Position numbers and translations under genes: made by a program. A model generated the notes under the pieces. The model made no database searches. It was not told where the DNA came from and saw only the letters and a program-made list of their open reading frames with translations. A DNA stretch of 63,368 bases, counting the filler. It is 7 parts of 7 records of this genome, joined end to end, with 100 filler letters (N's around TTAATTAATTAA, not from the genome) between each part and the next. Parts side by side here need not be neighbours in the genome. Positions count along the whole stretch, not along the records: positions 56,403 to 63,368 come from SRR31156797_21681; 6 more parts are not named here. The stretch is one strand, 5' to 3'. Below, in pieces: positions 59,401 through 63,368 of the stretch. Within the stretch, counting starts at the first letter, position 1; every line of letters begins with the position of its first letter.

Positions 59401-62400
59401 CCATGGCAAACCACGGTGGCGACACAATTCTCCTACGTCAATTTCAGCCAGGCCTCCGGTTCCGCCTATGGCACCATGGCACCGCCGGTTCTGGCCCAGG
59501 GGTATCTGTCCGACATATGGGGCAGCGAGCCCGACAAGAGCATGGCCTGGGCCAATGAAACCAACGGAGAGGCGGTGATCGTGGATTATACCGGACTGGA
59601 TACCGGGAAACGCTATAAGGTCCGGGTCAGTTACTATAATTCAGATCCCAACGGCAGCGTCCAGAGCCTGACGGACGGCAATGGTGTGCGCCTTCACGGT
59701 TCCCTGAACATGCCCTCATCCGGTCCCGTGCAGTACGAGTTCAGTATCCCAACGGCCTCCTATGCCGCGGACGGCACCCTGGGGCTGAAGTTTCTCCATG
59801 ACAACCCGGACACCTCCATCCGGGTATCCGTGGCCGAAATCTGGCTGATGGAAGATATTCCGGAACTGACCCCGCCGCGCTTTACCGGCCTTGGGTATAA
59901 CGACGTGGACGGCAGCGGCACCTTGAGCCAGGGGGATGAATTTTATTTCCACTTTTCCGAGGAGATGGATACGTCCCTGATCAAGGACGGCACGACAGAC
60001 GCCGACCAGCGCCTGGTGCCCGAAGGCGGCCTGGGTTACGGCACCGTCAACCAATGCCGCTGGACCCCGGACAATAAAACCCTTATTGTGACCCTCACCC
60101 CCGGATTCAGTGTGACGGGTACGGAAAAGATCCTGCCCGACGGACTGACCGATCTGTTCGGCAATGAAGCGGTGGGCAGCCAGTCCCTGACCCTGTCCGA
60201 TTCCATTGCCCCCCAATTTACCGGAATCCAATGGATCGACCTGGATGCAAACGGGACCATCAGCCCGGGAGACCGGTATCTCTTCCACTTTGACGAATCC
60301 ATGGATGTTACCGTCATCAAGGACGGCACCCAGGAGGCCAACATTTATATGCGCCCCACCGGCGGCCTCACCTATGGCGACCTCAATACCGTTACCTGGA
60401 GCAGCGACGGCAGGGAACTGGGTGTAATGCTTACCCAGGGCTTCACCGTGCTGGGGGATGAAATGGTCATCCCCAGTAATTTCGTGACCGACATGGCAGG
60501 CAATTCCGTGACCGGCAGCCATGCCCTCCAGGGAAGGGACACGATACCGCCCACCATTACCGGCATTCATTTTGACGATGCCGACGGCAGCGGTACGGTG
60601 AGCATCGGAGACCGGTACAGGTTTGATTTCAGTGAACCCCTCCGGCCGGCCGCCCTGTCAAACCATACCACCGAAGCCAACAGCAACCTGAGCCCTTCCG
60701 GCCAAAGCTACGGTACCCTGAACCGGATCTCATGGAACGGGGATTTTACCGGCGTCACCATTGAAATCACCCCCGGGTTTACGGTGGCGGGAAATGAAAC
60801 CGTTACCCCCTCATCCCTTGTGACGGACCGGGCCGGCAACCCGGTGGCCAATACCATTGACCTGGTCACCACCGATGATATGGTGCCGGGGATCACCGTG
60901 GTCAAGGCAAACTATATCTGCCCGGTCAGCGCCAGCAACAATTACCGGGTCATGGTGCAGTTTGATTCGGCCATGGATGCATCCGCCGATCCGACAATTA
61001 CCCTGACCAGCACCGGCGGTACCTCCCCGGCGGTTCCGGGGGGCGGTACCTGGATGACCACCCTGTATACCAACGATACCTTTATCACCCCCGATATCGT
61101 GCTGGCCCAGGGAATGGACGGCACATTGAGCATAAGTGTGGACCATGCAAGGGACTGGGCCGGCAACCCCATGGTTTTGGCCGGGAATGTTTTCACCTGT
61201 GAACTGGATGCCACGCCGCCGGCCAACCCGGAGGTAACCGGTATCAGTCCGACCTGTAACGGCGTCATCCTGTCCTGGCCCGGGTATTCGGCACCGGCCG
61301 ACCTGGCCGGATTCCAAATTTATTGCACCACATCCGGCGCTTTCGATACGGTTGACGGGGTTTCATTTTCCAAACTGGCCGCCCCCTCCGCAAGGGCTTT
61401 CACCATGGACGGCCTTGAGCTTAAGAAACAGTACCACCTCGCGGTGGCGGCCATGGACCGGCTGGGCAATATCACCGGCACCGTGGTATCCCATCCGGTC
61501 TATATCGATCAACCCACCCCGCCGTTGCCCGCCATTACGGTTGTTCCGGGAAGCGATCCCGATACGGCCATGGTCTCCTGGGCCGGGTATGACAGCAGCC
61601 TTTGCGGGTTCACCGGGTTCAGGGTATACCTGGAAGAACAGGACTTTACCTCGGTGGAGGGGCTTACGCCGGTTGCCCTGCTGGAGAAATCGGCAAGGCA
61701 GTATGCCCTGGACGGCCTGGATCGAAAAAAAATCTACCATATTGCCGTGGTCGGCATAAACAGATCCGGTGAGTATACGGATACCGGATCGGCCGCGGTC
61801 TGGTCCGATCCCTATGCCGAGGTCATCACCGAGGATATGGTCATTGGCGGCGGAGAACAGAAGGAGATCACCATCTACGCCGGTATGACGATCCTGAACA
61901 ATGCCGCCCTGACCATTGAACCCGGGACCACGCTTTTCTTTGAACAGGGGGCCGGAATTTCGGTTGGCCAGGGAAAAATCCTGGCAGAGGGTACGGCCCT
62001 GGATCCCGTTATCATGACATCAAAGGCGGCAGCCCCCGGCGGATGGTCCGGTATCACCATCCAGGAGGGTGACACCGGCTCCGTTCTCCGGCACGTGGTT
62101 ATCGAATACGGCCGGGGACTCCGCATCGACAATGCGTCCCCCCAGGTGGAGGCGTTCACTGCAAGATTCAACTCCGGCCCGGGGCTGCTGGTGGAAAATT
62201 CAGGCACCCTGGCCACGTCCCATGCCCTCCTGGTCTACAATGACGTGGGGGCGGAGCTGGCCTCCTTCGCCACCCTTGCCATCAACGACTCAGTGATAAA
62301 AAACAATACCACCAACGCCGCCTCGGACGGCAGCCAGACCATGGATGCCCGGAACAACTGGTGGGGAGCCCTGGAAGAAGCAGGTATCATCGGCACAGTG

Positions 62401-63366
62401 ACAGGGGGAGTGGATTATTCCGGTTTCCTGGATCATGAACCTGTCCTGACACCTGCCCTTGGTACAAAAACCGGCAGCACCCGGTTCAGCATCCTTGACA
62501 TTGACCTGAAGCTGGCCGACCGGAATGCCGAAGAAATGCGGCTGAGTGAAAATTCCACATTTGCGGATGTCTTCTTTGATCCGTTCATGCCTGAAACCAC
62601 GTTCACCCTTTCCCCCATTGCCGGGGGAAAGCGCATTTTCGCTCAATTCAAAAGCGCCACCGGCACCCTGTCCGAACCGGTTTCCATCACCGTGGAATAT
62701 GTTGCGGACGGACCTGAAATCAACGGATTCAGCCTGGCCGAAGGACAGATCATCCACCGGCCCGTGGAAGTGACGGGAAGCGCCTCCGCCCCCCTTGGCA
62801 TCAGCGACCTGGAATTCCATGTGGACAATGTCCCGATATACAGCGGGGCCTCGGATTCCATTTCATACCAATGGGATATCCGGGACCTGTCCCCGGATAC
62901 CTACCGGGTGAAACTCATGGCCCATGATAACGGGGGCAACCTGTCAGCCGTGGAAAGGAACGTCATTGTCGACCCCCTGCCGCCGCCGGCTCCTCAAATC
63001 AGCGAACCGGCCGACGGCACGGCCCTGGCCGGCGGTCCCGTCGTTGTCCGGGGCAGCGCCGAACCCCTGGCTGACGTCAAGCTGACCCGGAACGGCTTTG
63101 TCATGGATACGGTCCGGGCGGGCGCGGACGGACGGTTTGAGATATCGGACGTGGATCTCCAGGAAGGCAATAACCGGTTGATCGCCACAAGCAAGGACCG
63201 GGTGGGCATCAGCCCCAACTCCAATATTATCACCGTGGTGCTGGATTCGGGTCCCCCCGAAGCCCCGGTACTGGAAAATGTCCAGGTCAGGCCGGGGGGC
63301 GGCGTATCCCTTGGCTGGAAGCCTTCCCCGGACGGTGAGACCCCTGATTTTTACCGGATTTACCGC
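56404..63366 (+). CDS. Giant extracellular multidomain protein (Ig-like, Fn3, right-handed beta-helix, Ca-binding repeats); open at both ends
   Basis: Frame starting at 56404 shows no stop in the lines read across the contig (2,321 codons); ISGTASDTGSGV..YTIKARARD, LTW..YEIFR..YYY, LEPGAVLKF..VFT..DD..GGDSNGDG, NNTITNN. Confidence 0.9.
59875..60870 (+). repeat. Three tandem ~112-aa Ig-like repeats with DxDxxG motifs
   Basis: YNDVDGSGTLSQGD (from 59875), WIDLDANGTISPGD (from 60211), FDDADGSGTVSIGD (from 60550). Confidence 0.8.
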
Positions 63367-63368
63367 GG

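Noticed and set aside
58288-60570. 379-aa and 284-aa minus-strand ORFs
   Set aside because: Shadows of the giant plus-strand ORF

Overview
The window is not one locus. It is seven unrelated contigs joined by 100-nt N/TTAATTAATTAA linkers. (A) 1-12072, anaerobic bacterium: IS200 end and IS66 relic, TetR with a 34-bp operator, a phytoene-desaturase-like flavoprotein plus a membrane-anchored FNR/2Fe-2S reductase, then M24 hydrolase, lactonase, ThDP enzyme, Mpv17-like protein and ADP-forming acyl-CoA synthetase. (B) 12173-23347, Alphaproteobacterium: rnpA-yidD-yidC-engB-argB, an EAL/GGDEF/DUF2336 module, pyrimidine nucleotidase, lysA. (C) 23448-33699, probably Desulfobacterota: an operon of a Cys/Sec-less FdhA/NuoG-like protein, NuoE, a NuoF-GltD fusion, metV and metF, with a divergent PaaK-like ligase and ACT protein. 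(D) 33800-39252: TetR-controlled heterodimeric ABC/MptD module with shared operators. (E) 39353-46965, Methanosarcinaceae: two CobW-type GTPases, tandem cfbA copies, fmdB/fmdD. (F) 47066-56302, Desulfovibrionaceae: dsrA, MCP, yitT-DUF62-cobS. (G) 56403-63368: one uninterrupted >2,300-codon surface-protein ORF missed by the ORF track. The best candidate for a new system is the contig C operon, a putative flavin-bifurcating (Bfu/HydABC-like) module coupled to methylene-THF reductase. All calls come from motif recognition by eye; no database searches were run.
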